64,000 bases of DNA from an uncultured Nitrososphaerota archaeon (GCA_963703285.1 OY969807.1:1760001-1824000); one strand, 5' to 3'; shown: positions 49,155 to 59,076, counted from the first letter of the stretch. Translations and numbers: made by a program. Notes: generated by a model not told the origin, from the letters alone.

Positions 49155-49772
49155 TTGGCGAATTCCGACGGTTCCCTCTCGATGGCCGTCCTCTCTGAAC
49201 GCGGAAGGAGATCGTCGAACGAAGAGCTCAGGTCGATCCTCCTCAGACATGCGACCGACGACTCCCGCGGAGCCCTGCTCGACGTCGGGGGAGGGACGGG
49301 GCTGCTGGGCGAGTCTCTCTCGGACCTCTTCGCGCGCCTGTTGGTCCTCGAGCTAAATCCCGGGAAGCTGAGGTACGGGGCGAAGCGGAGGCGCGAAGTC
49401 TCGTTCATCTGCGGAAGCGCGCAGAACATCCCCCTCGCCGATGACAGCATCGGGACGGTGGTCTCCGTCGCCGCCTTCCACCACTTCCCCAACCAGGACG
49501 CAGCCCTGGAGGAGATGCGGCGTGTCCTGAGACACAACGGGAGGCTGCTGCTCGCCGAGATCGACATCTCGAAGGCCGGGGGTAAGGTGCTGCGCTTCAT
49601 CGAGAACAGGCTCATGCGCGGAGGCTCGAAGTTCCTGGCACAGGACCAGCTTCTGGAGAAGGTCGAGAGGCACGGATTCGCAGACGCCACCCTGGACAGA
49701 ACCTCGAGAGGCTACGTGATCATCGCAACCCGGGACTCTCCCGGAGGGAACGCACCTGCTACGGGCCGGTAG
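49155..49772 (+). CDS. Class I SAM-dependent methyltransferase (UbiE-like)
   Basis: LDVGGGTG, AFHHF, EMRRVL. Confidence 0.88.
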   Translation: MANSDGSLSMAVLSERGRRSSNEELRSILLRHATDDSRGALLDVGGGTGLLGESLSDLFARLLVLELNPGKLRYGAKRRREVSFICGSAQNIPLADDSIGTVVSVAAFHHFPNQDAALEEMRRVLRHNGRLLLAEIDISKAGGKVLRFIENRLMRGGSKFLAQDQLLEKVERHGFADATLDRTSRGYVIIATRDSPGGNAPATGR

Positions 49773-49806
49773 ACCGTCCTTGCGCCGCTGCGAGACATCT
49801 AAGCGC

Positions 49807-49852
49807 GCGATTCTCTAACGATTAGGGAAGAATCTCGGAAATTTCCTAAATA
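49807..49852 (+). promoter_or_regulatory. Operator/promoter copy B upstream of the ABC exporter
   Basis: 40/46 identical to 43686-43731. Confidence 0.7.
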
Positions 49853-49882
49853 TGCTATCGGACGGAGCCCGGACAGCTGCAC

Positions 49883-51178
49883 TTGTCCTCGTGGAGTTTG
49901 GCGGCCCGAAGCCTCCGCCGGCGGAGAACCCGGACGATATTCACGGTCTCAGGGATAGTAGTGGGTGTCGCCATGATACTCGTCCTGCTTTCGCTCGCGG
50001 CGGGGACCTCAACCCAGACCGGCGGGCTCCTCAGGAACCTGGTCGGAGCGCAGATAACCGTCGTGAACGACACGACCCCGACCTTCACTGGGGGCGGCAC
50101 GAGCTTCAGCTTCACTGGGGGCGGCGGCGCCGGAGGGTTCGGGGGTGGCGGGTTCCGGGCCTTCTTCGGTACGGGCACCACCCTCAACGAGTCGCTCACG
50201 GGCACCATAGCGTCGATCTCGGGGGTCTACGCCGTCTCGCCGCAGCTTACCACGACCGGATACATAGACGGTGAATCCACGTTCCTCTATGGAATCGACC
50301 CGAGCACCTACTCGAACGTCACGGACGGGCTCAGCATAGTGAGCGGGGCGATGCTTCCAACGTCCTCTGGAGGAAATCCCATAGTGCTGTCCAGCGCCCT
50401 CGCCAGCGAACTTGGCGTCACAGTAAACTCCGGCGTAACGGTCGGTGCGAACTCCACGGGCGGCGCAAGCTACATCGTGGTCGGAATCTACAATCCCGGG
50501 ACCACGTTTGGTCCCCAGTCAAACACCGCCTACGTCTTGCTCCCCGCCGCCCAGAGCATCGCGGGAGAGGCGGACAAGGTAAGCGAGATCTACGTAAAGA
50601 CCGACAGCTCGAACCTCGTGAGCTCTGTGGCGAGCCTGATTGACTCCACAGTCTCGGGCGTCGTGGCGAACACGGCTTCAACCGTGACGACCGCCGCCTC
50701 AACTCTGACGACCACCCTCTCCTCCTTCTTCACCGTGATAGGGCTGGTGGCGCTCATGGCGGGCGGATTCGGGGTGATCAACACCATGCTGATGTCGATC
50801 AGCGAGCGCACCCGCGAGATCGGGACCCTCAAGGCGATAGGCGCGAGGAAGGGTGACATCATGAGGATGTTCCTCAGCGAGGCGTTCCTCATCGGTCTCA
50901 TAGGCGCGGGGGTGGGTGTCGCCATCGGGATCGTCGTCTCGATAGCGCTACCGTCGCTGAGCGGCGCGGCGTCCGGAGCCGGGCCGGGTGGATTCTCGTT
51001 TCCGGGAGGCGGGGCAGCGGCAAGAGAGGTGATACAAGGAGGCCTGGAGACGGCGCTGACGACGAGGAACCTGTTGATCAGCCTCGGACTCGGAGCGCTC
51101 GTGGGAACGCTGGCTGGCATCTATCCCGCGTGGCGGGCATCAAGGATGGACCCCGTGGAGGCGCTAAGGCATGTCTGA
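49883..51178 (+). CDS. ABC transporter permease, MacB/FtsX family
   Basis: RTIFTVSGIVVGVA, NTMLMSISERTREIGTLKAIGA, YPAWRASRMDPVEALR. Confidence 0.93.
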   Translation: MSSWSLAARSLRRRRTRTIFTVSGIVVGVAMILVLLSLAAGTSTQTGGLLRNLVGAQITVVNDTTPTFTGGGTSFSFTGGGGAGGFGGGGFRAFFGTGTTLNESLTGTIASISGVYAVSPQLTTTGYIDGESTFLYGIDPSTYSNVTDGLSIVSGAMLPTSSGGNPIVLSSALASELGVTVNSGVTVGANSTGGASYIVVGIYNPGTTFGPQSNTAYVLLPAAQSIAGEADKVSEIYVKTDSSNLVSSVASLIDSTVSGVVANTASTVTTAASTLTTTLSSFFTVIGLVALMAGGFGVINTMLMSISERTREIGTLKAIGARKGDIMRMFLSEAFLIGLIGAGVGVAIGIVVSIALPSLSGAASGAGPGGFSFPGGGAAAREVIQGGLETALTTRNLLISLGLGALVGTLAGIYPAWRASRMDPVEALRHV

Positions 51179-51923
51179 GGTGACCATCCAGACGCAGCGC
51201 GTCTCCAAGTCGTACACGCGCGGGAGGCTGTCCGTCTCTGCGCTGAGCGGGGTCGACCTGGAGATCCGAAGGGGCGAGACCATCGCGATAATAGGCCCAT
51301 CGGGGTCCGGCAAGACCTCCCTGCTCAACCTGATCGGCGGCCTCGACGCCCCCAGCGGAGGGAAGGTCATCGTCGACGGGGCCGACCTGAGCGAGCTCGG
51401 CGACGACCAGCTGGCGAAGTACAGGCTGCAGAAGGTCGGCTTCATCTTCCAGTTCTACAACCTGATGAGCACGCTGACGGCGGTCGAGAACGTCGAGGTC
51501 CCCATGACCTTCGCAAAGGTGCCCAAGAACGAGAGGCGCCTCCGGGCCACAGAGCTCCTGAGGGACGTGGGGCTGCAGCTGCGGGCGAACCACATGCCCG
51601 ATGAGATGAGCGGCGGCGAGCAGCAGAGGGTCGCGGTTGCTCGGGCGCTCGCGAACAACCCATCCATCTTGCTGGGCGACGAGCCCACCGGAGACCTGGA
51701 CTCGAAGTCGGCGAAGTCTCTGATGGACCTGCTCAGGTCGCTGAGGAAGGACAGGCAGATGACCCTGGTCTTCGTGACCCACGACCCGCTGGTCGTCGCG
51801 CGGTGCGACAGGGCCTACGCCATCAGGGACGGCAAGATCACACGGCAGCTTTCCAGAAAGGACATCGACAACGCCAAGCTCTCGGACAAATTCGACAACG
51901 CGATGCTCGAGGGTGTCTACTAG
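51171..51923 (+). CDS. ABC transporter ATP-binding protein (LolD/MacB-like)
   Basis: GPSGSGKT, GFIFQFYNL, MSGGEQQR, DEPTG, VTHD. Confidence 0.95.
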   Translation: MSEVTIQTQRVSKSYTRGRLSVSALSGVDLEIRRGETIAIIGPSGSGKTSLLNLIGGLDAPSGGKVIVDGADLSELGDDQLAKYRLQKVGFIFQFYNLMSTLTAVENVEVPMTFAKVPKNERRLRATELLRDVGLQLRANHMPDEMSGGEQQRVAVARALANNPSILLGDEPTGDLDSKSAKSLMDLLRSLRKDRQMTLVFVTHDPLVVARCDRAYAIRDGKITRQLSRKDIDNAKLSDKFDNAMLEGVY

Positions 51924-51940
51924 GCGCAAGAAGGCGCGTC

Positions 51941-52786
51941 TTACGGCCCCGAGGCGGTCTTCTTCGGGCCGGCGTGACGCGCGGCCTTGGACTTCATGGC
52001 CCTGCCCACCCTCGCACCCGTTTCCTTCTGCTCATCGCTGGCCGTCCCGAGCTTCTCCATCATCCTGAGGCTGTCCTCGACGGCGTGTCCCCGGGAGTGA
52101 TTGCAGAAATATCCGTAGACCTCCTTGACTCTTCCTTCGACCTCCCTGACCCTGGGGACCCACGCGTCCAGCTCCGCGTCGTCGTATCTGTAGTCGGTCC
52201 AGGTCTTCTCGCCTCTCCCGTGCCACCTTATCACGGCGAAGTCTGTCGTGACGACGGGCTCGGCGGGGAGCAGCGGCGCGTCGTCTATCACGCTCGCGAT
52301 CTTGCACTGCCTGAGCAGGTCCCACGTCTCCGCCCTGTGCCACGATTTGTTCCGGAACTCGACGGCGAACTTCACGTCGGTGGGCAGGGCTCCGAGGAAG
52401 TCAATCAGCCTCCCCAGACCGTCCTCGTACCCAAAGTCCTGCGGGAGCTGGAACACCAGGGGCCCGAGCTTTCCGGCGTCCTCCAGAGGTCTCAGGTCGA
52501 GCAGGAAGTGCATCAGGTCCCGGCCCGCTCCCTTCTGGACGTCGAGCCTCCTGTCGTGCGTTACAAGCCTCGGCACCCTCGCCGAGAAGACGAAGTCGTC
52601 GGGTGTAACCCTGACGCACGCCTGGATCATCGCCTTCGACGGATACTCGTAGAACGTCGTGTCGATCTCGACCGTCCTGAACGTCTTCGAGTAGTAGGCG
52701 AGCTTGCCCGTGTCGGCCCTGGGATAGAAGACTCCCTCCCATTCTCTATAGGACCAGCCCGAGGTGCCCAGACGCGTGATTGCCAA
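51941..52786 (-). CDS. DUF72 (YecE-like) protein, copy 2
   Basis: GTSGWSY, VEIDTTFY, FQLP, AVEFRN, IRWHGR; close paralogue of copy 1. Confidence 0.92.
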   Translation of the reverse strand: MAITRLGTSGWSYREWEGVFYPRADTGKLAYYSKTFRTVEIDTTFYEYPSKAMIQACVRVTPDDFVFSARVPRLVTHDRRLDVQKGAGRDLMHFLLDLRPLEDAGKLGPLVFQLPQDFGYEDGLGRLIDFLGALPTDVKFAVEFRNKSWHRAETWDLLRQCKIASVIDDAPLLPAEPVVTTDFAVIRWHGRGEKTWTDYRYDDAELDAWVPRVREVEGRVKEVYGYFCNHSRGHAVEDSLRMMEKLGTASDEQKETGARVGRAMKSKAARHAGPKKTASGP

Positions 52787-52864
52787 GGAGCGACCAAGCG
52801 CTCCCTTCTGGGCCGTATTAGGCTTGCTCAGAGTCCTGCGTCTGTAGCGAGGGCACCGGGCGAG

Positions 52865-53212
52865 TCAGGCGGGCTTCGTCTGGGTCGGCTTCTTCGCGTT
52901 TCTCACGACCACAAGGGTGCATTTCGTCGCCATCGCAGCGACGACGCCCGCCGCGGCGAGCCACGGGGCCAGGAGGAACCCGACTACGCCCGCCGTCACG
53001 GGTATCTCAAGGAGCTGCTTCCCGTTCTCGTCCTTCACGATGATCTTCGAGACGTTCCCTTCGTGGAAGAGCTCGCTCACCCTCCGCGTCAGGTCCTCCC
53101 CGGAGACGGAGAACTCCTGTGTCGTTGTCGGGTTGCCGATGTCGGCTCCGCAGACGTGGCAGAACTTCGCGTTTTCCATCAGAGACGCGCCGCACTCGGG
53201 ACACGATTCCAA
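52865..53212 (-). CDS. Zinc-ribbon plus DUF4342 protein
   Basis: CPEC...CHVC; ELFHEGNVSKIIVK...LEIPVTAG. Confidence 0.85.
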   Translation of the reverse strand: MESCPECGASLMENAKFCHVCGADIGNPTTTQEFSVSGEDLTRRVSELFHEGNVSKIIVKDENGKQLLEIPVTAGVVGFLLAPWLAAAGVVAAMATKCTLVVVRNAKKPTQTKPA

Positions 53213-53296
53213 CTTGCTCTCCTCTCACCGTCGCAGCGCGCCGAGCTATAAGCCATGCATCGGGCGCGCGGTCCCCGCCCGCTGCTTGGCAGAATG

Positions 53297-53743
53297 CTAC
53301 TTGATTCCGCCCTCGACGAACTTGGTGCCCGTGTTGGTGAGCACGTAGGCCTTGAGCCCGTCCTTCTCGTCGTTCACCTGCATCATGTGTCCCTTCCAGA
53401 CGTTCTTCAGAATCTTGTCCGCGACGTTGCCCGGCACCTTCTCCCTGGCGTCCACGAATCCCTTCTCGATGTCCTTGGCGTTGAAGGAGGCGAGGCCAGA
53501 CTGCTTCTCGAGGTAGTAGCCTATGACGAGCGACCTCTGGACGTCGTCGGTCGGGCCCTTCTCCATCATGAACTGCCTCACGCTCTGCACCTTGGGAGCG
53601 GGCGCTACGGCCTGCGGGGCAGCTGCAGCGGCGACGGTGACGGCGACCTCGGAACCGCCCACCTTCTGCTCGAGAGCCTTGATTCTCCTCTCGTGTTCTT
53701 GCAGAAGGGCCTCCAGCCTGGACAGCGTGTCTTGGCTACTCAT
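53297..53743 (-). CDS. Hypothetical protein (short coiled coil plus wHTH-like domain)
   Basis: YYLEK, F.AKDI, LTNTG..FV pattern. Confidence 0.7.
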   Translation of the reverse strand: MSSQDTLSRLEALLQEHERRIKALEQKVGGSEVAVTVAAAAAPQAVAPAPKVQSVRQFMMEKGPTDDVQRSLVIGYYLEKQSGLASFNAKDIEKGFVDAREKVPGNVADKILKNVWKGHMMQVNDEKDGLKAYVLTNTGTKFVEGGIK

Positions 53744-53871
53744 ACCATCAATCGCCCGATGCCTGCACTTCTCTCTACTTTAATTCTTGCAGGACGACTC
53801 CCAGACGGCCCTTCTTGTCCTTAACCGCGCCTCGTAAAAGGATAAAATCATGGCGAACTGGCGCTCAATAC

Positions 53872-54015
53872 ATGCCGAGACGCAAGGTGGAAAGACGGGC
53901 TCACAATAAGAACGAGGAGATTTTGGATTCATTCGAGAGCTGGTTGAAGCACCAGAAGCCGAAGCAGGTAAGGGCGAAGACGGGTTTCATAAGCGAGCCC
54001 GCCGAGAAGGCGTAG
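53872..54015 (+). CDS. Small basic hypothetical protein (47 aa)
   Basis: ATG downstream of AT-rich ataaaa. Confidence 0.45.
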   Translation: MPRRKVERRAHNKNEEILDSFESWLKHQKPKQVRAKTGFISEPAEKA

Positions 54016-54116
54016 CGAGCACACCCGTTCCCTCCTCCCCTCTCGCAATCACCCTCGGGGCTGCCCGGGAGTCGCTCGGCTAATTCTTTTAACCGGTCTT
54101 ACACGGACCTCAACGC

Positions 54117-54353
54117 ATGGCTTCAATCAGGGTCCCTGATGACGGCAGCGCCCCAATCGTAGGGAAGGGTCTCGAGACGCCGTTCAAGCAGGGGGAATAC
54201 TACGTCTTCGACACGGCGGACAATCTGGCCCATTACTGGAACAAGCTCCCTCCCGGAAGGAGGGCGGAGCTCGTGAAGCAATCGAGGAAGGAGGGCAGGG
54301 ATCTGCGCCTCATCCTTGACGGCTTCGTGCACAGGCCCGCCAAGACCAAGTAG
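54117..54353 (+). CDS. Small hypothetical protein
   Basis: TATA-like ttttaa about 25 nt upstream; typical codon usage. Confidence 0.65.
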   Translation: MASIRVPDDGSAPIVGKGLETPFKQGEYYVFDTADNLAHYWNKLPPGRRAELVKQSRKEGRDLRLILDGFVHRPAKTK

Positions 54354-54392
54354 AAGCGCGTTCGCCACCGTCGACCGCCTGGAACGGACTCT

Positions 54393-55487
54393 CTAGGCTC
54401 TGCTCTGGCCATCGAAGCTCTCGATTCTCAAGGAGTCTCTCTCCAGCCCCGAAACCCTGACCCCTACGAGCCGAACCCCTTCGCTCCTCGACTCGAACTC
54501 CTTCAGCAGCTCCGCCGCGGTCGTCCTAAGGATCTCCTCGCTGTCCGTGTAACCCGGAAGCGTCCTCTCTCTCGTGTGAGTCTCGAAGTGGCTGAACCTA
54601 ATCTTTATCCCCGCGACCCTGAACCTGACCATGGCGTGCAGGACCCTGCCCCTGAGCTCGTGAGCGGCATCACCGGCCTCCGAGTAGACCTTCTCGAAGT
54701 CGTGGACGTCCTCCCTGAACGTCCGCTCAACCGCCAGCGACTTGGGCATCTCGCGTGCGCGGACGGGAATCCTCTCCTGGGCGTGGACGACGCCCCAGAG
54801 CCAGACACCCGTCTTCCCGAACCAGGCCAGCAGCTGCTTCCCGGGGACCGCCTGCAGCTGGGCTATCGATTCGACGCCCCTCTCCCTGAGGAAGGTCTGC
54901 GTCTTCTTCCCGACGCCCGGTATCACGGAGACGGGCAGGGGAGCGATGAAGGCCGCGGCGGAGTCCAGCGGAACGACGGTCAGCCCATCGGGCTTCCGCA
55001 TGTCCGAGGCTATCTTCGCCGATGACTTGTTCGGGCCTATCCCGATCGAGGACGAGAGCCCATGGACCTGGCGCACCGTCTGCTTGACCACCAGGGCGAG
55101 CTGCTCCGCCTCAGAGGCGTTGCCGGCGCGCCCGCTGACGTCGAGGAAGGCTTCGTCGATGCCCGTCTGCTCGAAAGAGTCGGCGAACCCCCTCAGCGTC
55201 TCCATGACCTCCTCGGAGACCCGCTCGTAGAGCTCGAAGTTGGGGCGCAGATACACCGCCGAGGGGCAGAGCCTCCAAGCGCGTGATATCGGCATCCCGG
55301 ACCGCAGGCCGAACTTTCGGGCCTCATAGGAACACGCGATGACCACGCCCCTCCCCCTCCCCTGCTCGGGGTCGGCCCCCACGACGACGGGAAGCCCCCG
55401 GAGCGACGGTTTCTCCCTGGCCTCGACCGAGACGTAGAACGCATCCAGGTCCACGTGGAAGATTATTCGGCGCGCGTCTTGCTGCAT
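54393..55487 (-). CDS. dinB: Y-family DNA polymerase IV (DinB/Dpo4)
   Basis: HVDLDAFYVSVE, SYEARKFG, GIDEAFLD, AKIASD..KPDG, PGVG, VRLVGV. Confidence 0.95.
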   Translation of the reverse strand: MQQDARRIIFHVDLDAFYVSVEAREKPSLRGLPVVVGADPEQGRGRGVVIACSYEARKFGLRSGMPISRAWRLCPSAVYLRPNFELYERVSEEVMETLRGFADSFEQTGIDEAFLDVSGRAGNASEAEQLALVVKQTVRQVHGLSSSIGIGPNKSSAKIASDMRKPDGLTVVPLDSAAAFIAPLPVSVIPGVGKKTQTFLRERGVESIAQLQAVPGKQLLAWFGKTGVWLWGVVHAQERIPVRAREMPKSLAVERTFREDVHDFEKVYSEAGDAAHELRGRVLHAMVRFRVAGIKIRFSHFETHTRERTLPGYTDSEEILRTTAAELLKEFESRSEGVRLVGVRVSGLERDSLRIESFDGQSRA

Positions 55488-55494
55488 GTCGCTG

Positions 55495-56319
55495 CTAGAA
55501 TCCTGTGAGTGTCCCCTGGGCCGTGTCGGTGGGTCCTAGGTCCTGCTTGTCCTTCCAGTCCAGCTCGATCATCCCGAGGAGCCTTCGGAACTCGTTGACC
55601 GATTCCGGACCGAACCCTGCGAAGTGGTTGTTGAAGAAGACGTAGGCGCTCTCAATCGAGTCGCTCTTCTCCTTGAGGTTCGAGGCCCACCTCTCCAGAT
55701 CCCCGCCGCGTTCCTTCTGCTTGCCCGAGAACTCGGTAATATCCCGCTCGCCGACCATCCGCAGGACCGCGAAGTCGGCCGTGACCTCCGCAGGTGTCTC
55801 CAGATACTGGTTCAGGGACCACGTCATCGCGACGTTGTGCTCCTCGAGCAGCCTGTACACCTCCGGAGTGAACCACGACTTGTGTCTGAACTCGATCGAG
55901 TGCTTGTACTTCGGGTTCAGGAATTCCACGAACTTCTTCATCACCGACATGTGCTTCTCGGCCTTGACCGACGGAGGGAGCTGGGCGACGATGGGTCCCA
56001 GCTTGAATCCGAGTTTGCCCACGACGCCGTAGAAGTAGGTGAGGGTGCTCTCGAAGTTCTCCAGCTTGCTTTCGTGGGTAATCTTCTTGGAGAGCTTCGG
56101 GCTGAAGACGAACCCGTCGGGCGTCGCCCTCTTCCACTGCTCTATCATGAACGGGCTGGGTATCCTGTAGAAGCTGGAATCTATCTCCACGCAGTCGAAG
56201 ACCCGCGAGTAGAACCTGAGGTAGTCCTTGGCGGGCAGGTCCTTTGAGTAGAAGGGCCCGGCCCAGTCCTTGTAGGACCAGCCACTGCATCCCACCTTGA
56301 CCTTCGTTGCGAGCGACAA
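55495..56319 (-). CDS. DUF72 (YecE-like) protein, copy 3, co-oriented upstream of dinB
   Basis: GCSGWSY, VEIDSSFY, QLPPS, IEFRH, FFNNH; C-terminal QGTLTGF. Confidence 0.93.
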   Translation of the reverse strand: MSLATKVKVGCSGWSYKDWAGPFYSKDLPAKDYLRFYSRVFDCVEIDSSFYRIPSPFMIEQWKRATPDGFVFSPKLSKKITHESKLENFESTLTYFYGVVGKLGFKLGPIVAQLPPSVKAEKHMSVMKKFVEFLNPKYKHSIEFRHKSWFTPEVYRLLEEHNVAMTWSLNQYLETPAEVTADFAVLRMVGERDITEFSGKQKERGGDLERWASNLKEKSDSIESAYVFFNNHFAGFGPESVNEFRRLLGMIELDWKDKQDLGPTDTAQGTLTGF

Positions 56320-56433
56320 CGCTTGGAATGTCCCCTTCCTGATAATAAATGTGATTCATGCAGGTCCTCCGGAGACGTGCGACGCCAGGTCGCTCGCAAA
56401 CGTTTATCGGCCGAGGGCGCGACGACGCAGCGA

Positions 56434-56907
56434 ATGATTCGGTGGCCAGAGAGATACCGCCCGGAGACGGCGGCCGTCCACGTCAGGAACGAGATTGAGA
56501 TTCCCGCTACGCCTGAGACGGTCTGGGCCTGGCTCATCAGGGCGACGCTCTGGCCGACCTGGTATGCCAACTCGCAGAACGTCAGGATAGACAGCGGCGG
56601 GAGCGACCTTGCGGCTGGCTCCAAGTTTCGCTGGAAGACGTTCGGCGTCACCCTGAACTCCAGCGTCGAGGAGTTCTCTCCTCCGGAGCGTCTCTCGTGG
56701 AGCGCCCGCTCGACCGGCATAGACGTCTATCACGGCTGGCTGATTGAGAGGACGCCCGCCGGTTGCCACGTCCTGACGGAGGAGAGCCAGAACGGGCTCG
56801 CCGCCCGCCTCTCGAACGCCCTGAGGCCCAACAACATGAGCAGGTATCACCAGCTCTGGCTGGAGCGGCTTCTCTTGAAGGCGAAGACCGGTCTGCCTCC
56901 CACCTGA
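56434..56907 (+). CDS. SRPBCC/polyketide-cyclase-like protein
   Basis: EIEIPATPETVW..L...WP.W, F.W, EESQ.G. Confidence 0.85.
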   Translation: MIRWPERYRPETAAVHVRNEIEIPATPETVWAWLIRATLWPTWYANSQNVRIDSGGSDLAAGSKFRWKTFGVTLNSSVEEFSPPERLSWSARSTGIDVYHGWLIERTPAGCHVLTEESQNGLAARLSNALRPNNMSRYHQLWLERLLLKAKTGLPPT

Positions 56908-56954
56908 CTCAACCTTATATTACCCGGAGGCCTTCGCGGTCTAGGTCCCGTGCG

Positions 56955-57182
56955 ATGCCGACCCTGAACTTTGCCGACGCCAAGAAGAGGGTAGCCGAAC
57001 AGCTCAAGACTGCGGTGGGAGCGGAAGATTTCGACGTGACATCGGCAAAGCTCGAAGAGATTCAAGGAGTCTGGAGGTTCGACGTCGAGTACAGGAAGCC
57101 CAAGGCCATGTTCCCGGACACCGCCTTCCTCATCCTGGACGCCATCACGGGCGAGGTCAAAGAGTTCAGGAAGGGCATGTGA
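56955..57182 (+). CDS. Small PepSY-like hypothetical protein
   Basis: W.F.VEY...LDAITGEV. Confidence 0.7.
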   Translation: MPTLNFADAKKRVAEQLKTAVGAEDFDVTSAKLEEIQGVWRFDVEYRKPKAMFPDTAFLILDAITGEVKEFRKGM

Positions 57183-57199
57183 CGGGACCAGCCGCCCGC

Positions 57200-57553
57200 C
57201 TAGCCCTTCTTTCCCTTGGCCGGCAGGCCGGACGCTCATGACAGGGACCTGGCAACCCACGTACCTGCCTTCTGGCGGTCAGCTCTCCACCCGTCGGGCA
57301 CGACGACGTACCCCGACATGGGCCTGCCCTTCATCGGAGCAAACCTCGATGCTCCCTCCTCCCTGAGGAGGACAGCCTGGTCATGGTCGGAGAGCCGGAC
57401 GAAGAGCTGCTTGCCGAACAGGCCCGCGAAGAGGTTCCCATTCACGAAGGCCGCGTCGTTGCCGAACATCGGTCGCACCGTCACGCGCACGTCCTTGGGC
57501 AGGACCGATTCCAGGAATACCCTGTCTTCCGCCGTCGATCGCGGCAACTTCAT
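57200..57553 (-). CDS. TfoX/Sxy N-terminal domain protein (TGA at 57236-57238 trims about 11 aa)
   Basis: RPMFG, FVNGNLFAG, F.PM.GRPMSGYV; SLS*ASGLPAK. Confidence 0.85.
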
Positions 57554-57554
57554 C

Positions 57555-58537
57555 TCAGACGTACCCCAGGACGGCCTGCGGTATGTAGGGCTCCTCGAGG
57601 TACTTCGCCTCTTCGGGAGAGACCTTCACCTCGAGCAATCCTACGAACTCCTCCAGGTGTTCCACCTTGGTGGTGCCGACGATGGGCGCAGTCACCTCCC
57701 TGTGGAGCAGCCAGGCGATGGCTACCTGCGTGGGAGTGGCACCCTTGTTGGCTGCCACCTCCTTCGTCCTCCTGACTATCTCATCGTTTGCAGGCCTCCC
57801 GACATACCTCGAGTAGGCCATCGACCCCGGCGAGACTCTGCTGTTGTCCCTCTCGGTCGTGACAATCTTGCCGTCCTCGAAGTACTTCCCGGAGAGGATT
57901 CCGGCTGCCGTCGGGCTCCACGGTATCAGCGCGACCTTCTCGGCTGCGCAGAGGGGATTCATCTCCCTCTCCTCCTCGCGGTAAATCAGGTTGTAGAGAT
58001 TCTGCATGCTCACGAAGCGAGCGTATCCCTTCACGTCGCTCGTGTAGAGAGCCCTGCAGAACTGCCAGGCCCACATGCTCGACGCCCCGATATACCTGAC
58101 CTTCCCCGCCCTCACGAGCTCATCGAGGACCGAGAGGGTCTCCTCGATCGGAGTGTCATAATCCCACCGGTGGGTCTGGTAGAGGTCGACATAGCCCGTC
58201 CCCAGCCTGCGGAGAGATTCGCCGAGCGCGTGGTGGACGTGCTTGCTGGAGAGGCCCTTCTGGTTGACGCCTTCCCCCATGGGGCTGTACACCTTTGTCG
58301 CCACGACTGCGTCCTCTCGGGCCCCTTGAGGAACTCGCCCAGGATCTCCTCCGACCTCCCCCTCGAGTAGACGTTGGCGGTGTCGTAGAAGTTTATCCCG
58401 AGGTCCCAGGCTCGCTTCAGGACGGCCTTCGCGCCCTCCCCATCAACCATCCAGGGGGACTGGGTCCCGAAGGTCATGCATCCCAAGCAGATTCGAGAGA
58501 CCTTCAACCCAGTCTGGCCGAATCTCACATACTCCAT
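57555..58537 (-). pseudogene. Aldo/keto reductase with a single-base frameshift near 58322 (possibly a sequencing error)
   Basis: GLKVSRICLGCM, DTANVYS.G.SE / ATKV, DLYQTH, GKVRYIGAS, QNLYNL, PWSP. Confidence 0.85.
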
Positions 58538-58586
58538 GGACGACCTTGGGCCGGGTCGGCTATCAGCCTTTCCCGGGTCGATGGGG

Positions 58587-58973
58587 CTACCTATCGGCGC
58601 GCTTCAGGGAGACCGAGTTGATGCAGTATCTCATCCCGGTGGGCTCGGGCCCGTCGTCGAAGACGTGCCCCAAGTGGGACCCGCAGTTCGAGCACTCGGC
58701 CTCGGTCCTCCGCATGAAGAAGGAGTTGTCCGACTTCTCGGTGACCGATCCCTTCTCCAGCGGCTCCCAGAAGCTCGGCCAACCCGTCCCGGAGTCGAAC
58801 TTCGTCTCCGAGCTGAAGAGGGGGCTGTCGCAGACGACGCAGCGGTAGACGCCTGGCTCGTGGCTGTCCCAGTACTCGCCGGTGAACGGGACCTCGGTGC
58901 CCCTGTCTATGCAGACGTGGTACTGCTCCGCGGTGAGACGCTTCTTGAGACTGGCCTTGTCTTCCTTGAGCAT
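58587..58973 (-). CDS. msrB: Peptide-methionine (R)-S-oxide reductase
   Basis: GTE.PF, KFDSGTGWPSF, HLGHVFDDGP, RYCINS. Confidence 0.95.
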   Translation of the reverse strand: MLKEDKASLKKRLTAEQYHVCIDRGTEVPFTGEYWDSHEPGVYRCVVCDSPLFSSETKFDSGTGWPSFWEPLEKGSVTEKSDNSFFMRRTEAECSNCGSHLGHVFDDGPEPTGMRYCINSVSLKRADR

Positions 58974-59076
58974 GACGAGAAATCCTCCCGGGAACGGTAT
59001 AAATCTTGGCCAGAATCTCTTCCACTTTTCCCGGGCGAAACTCTTTTGGCTCGCCGGGACGCGATACCGGGACAGA

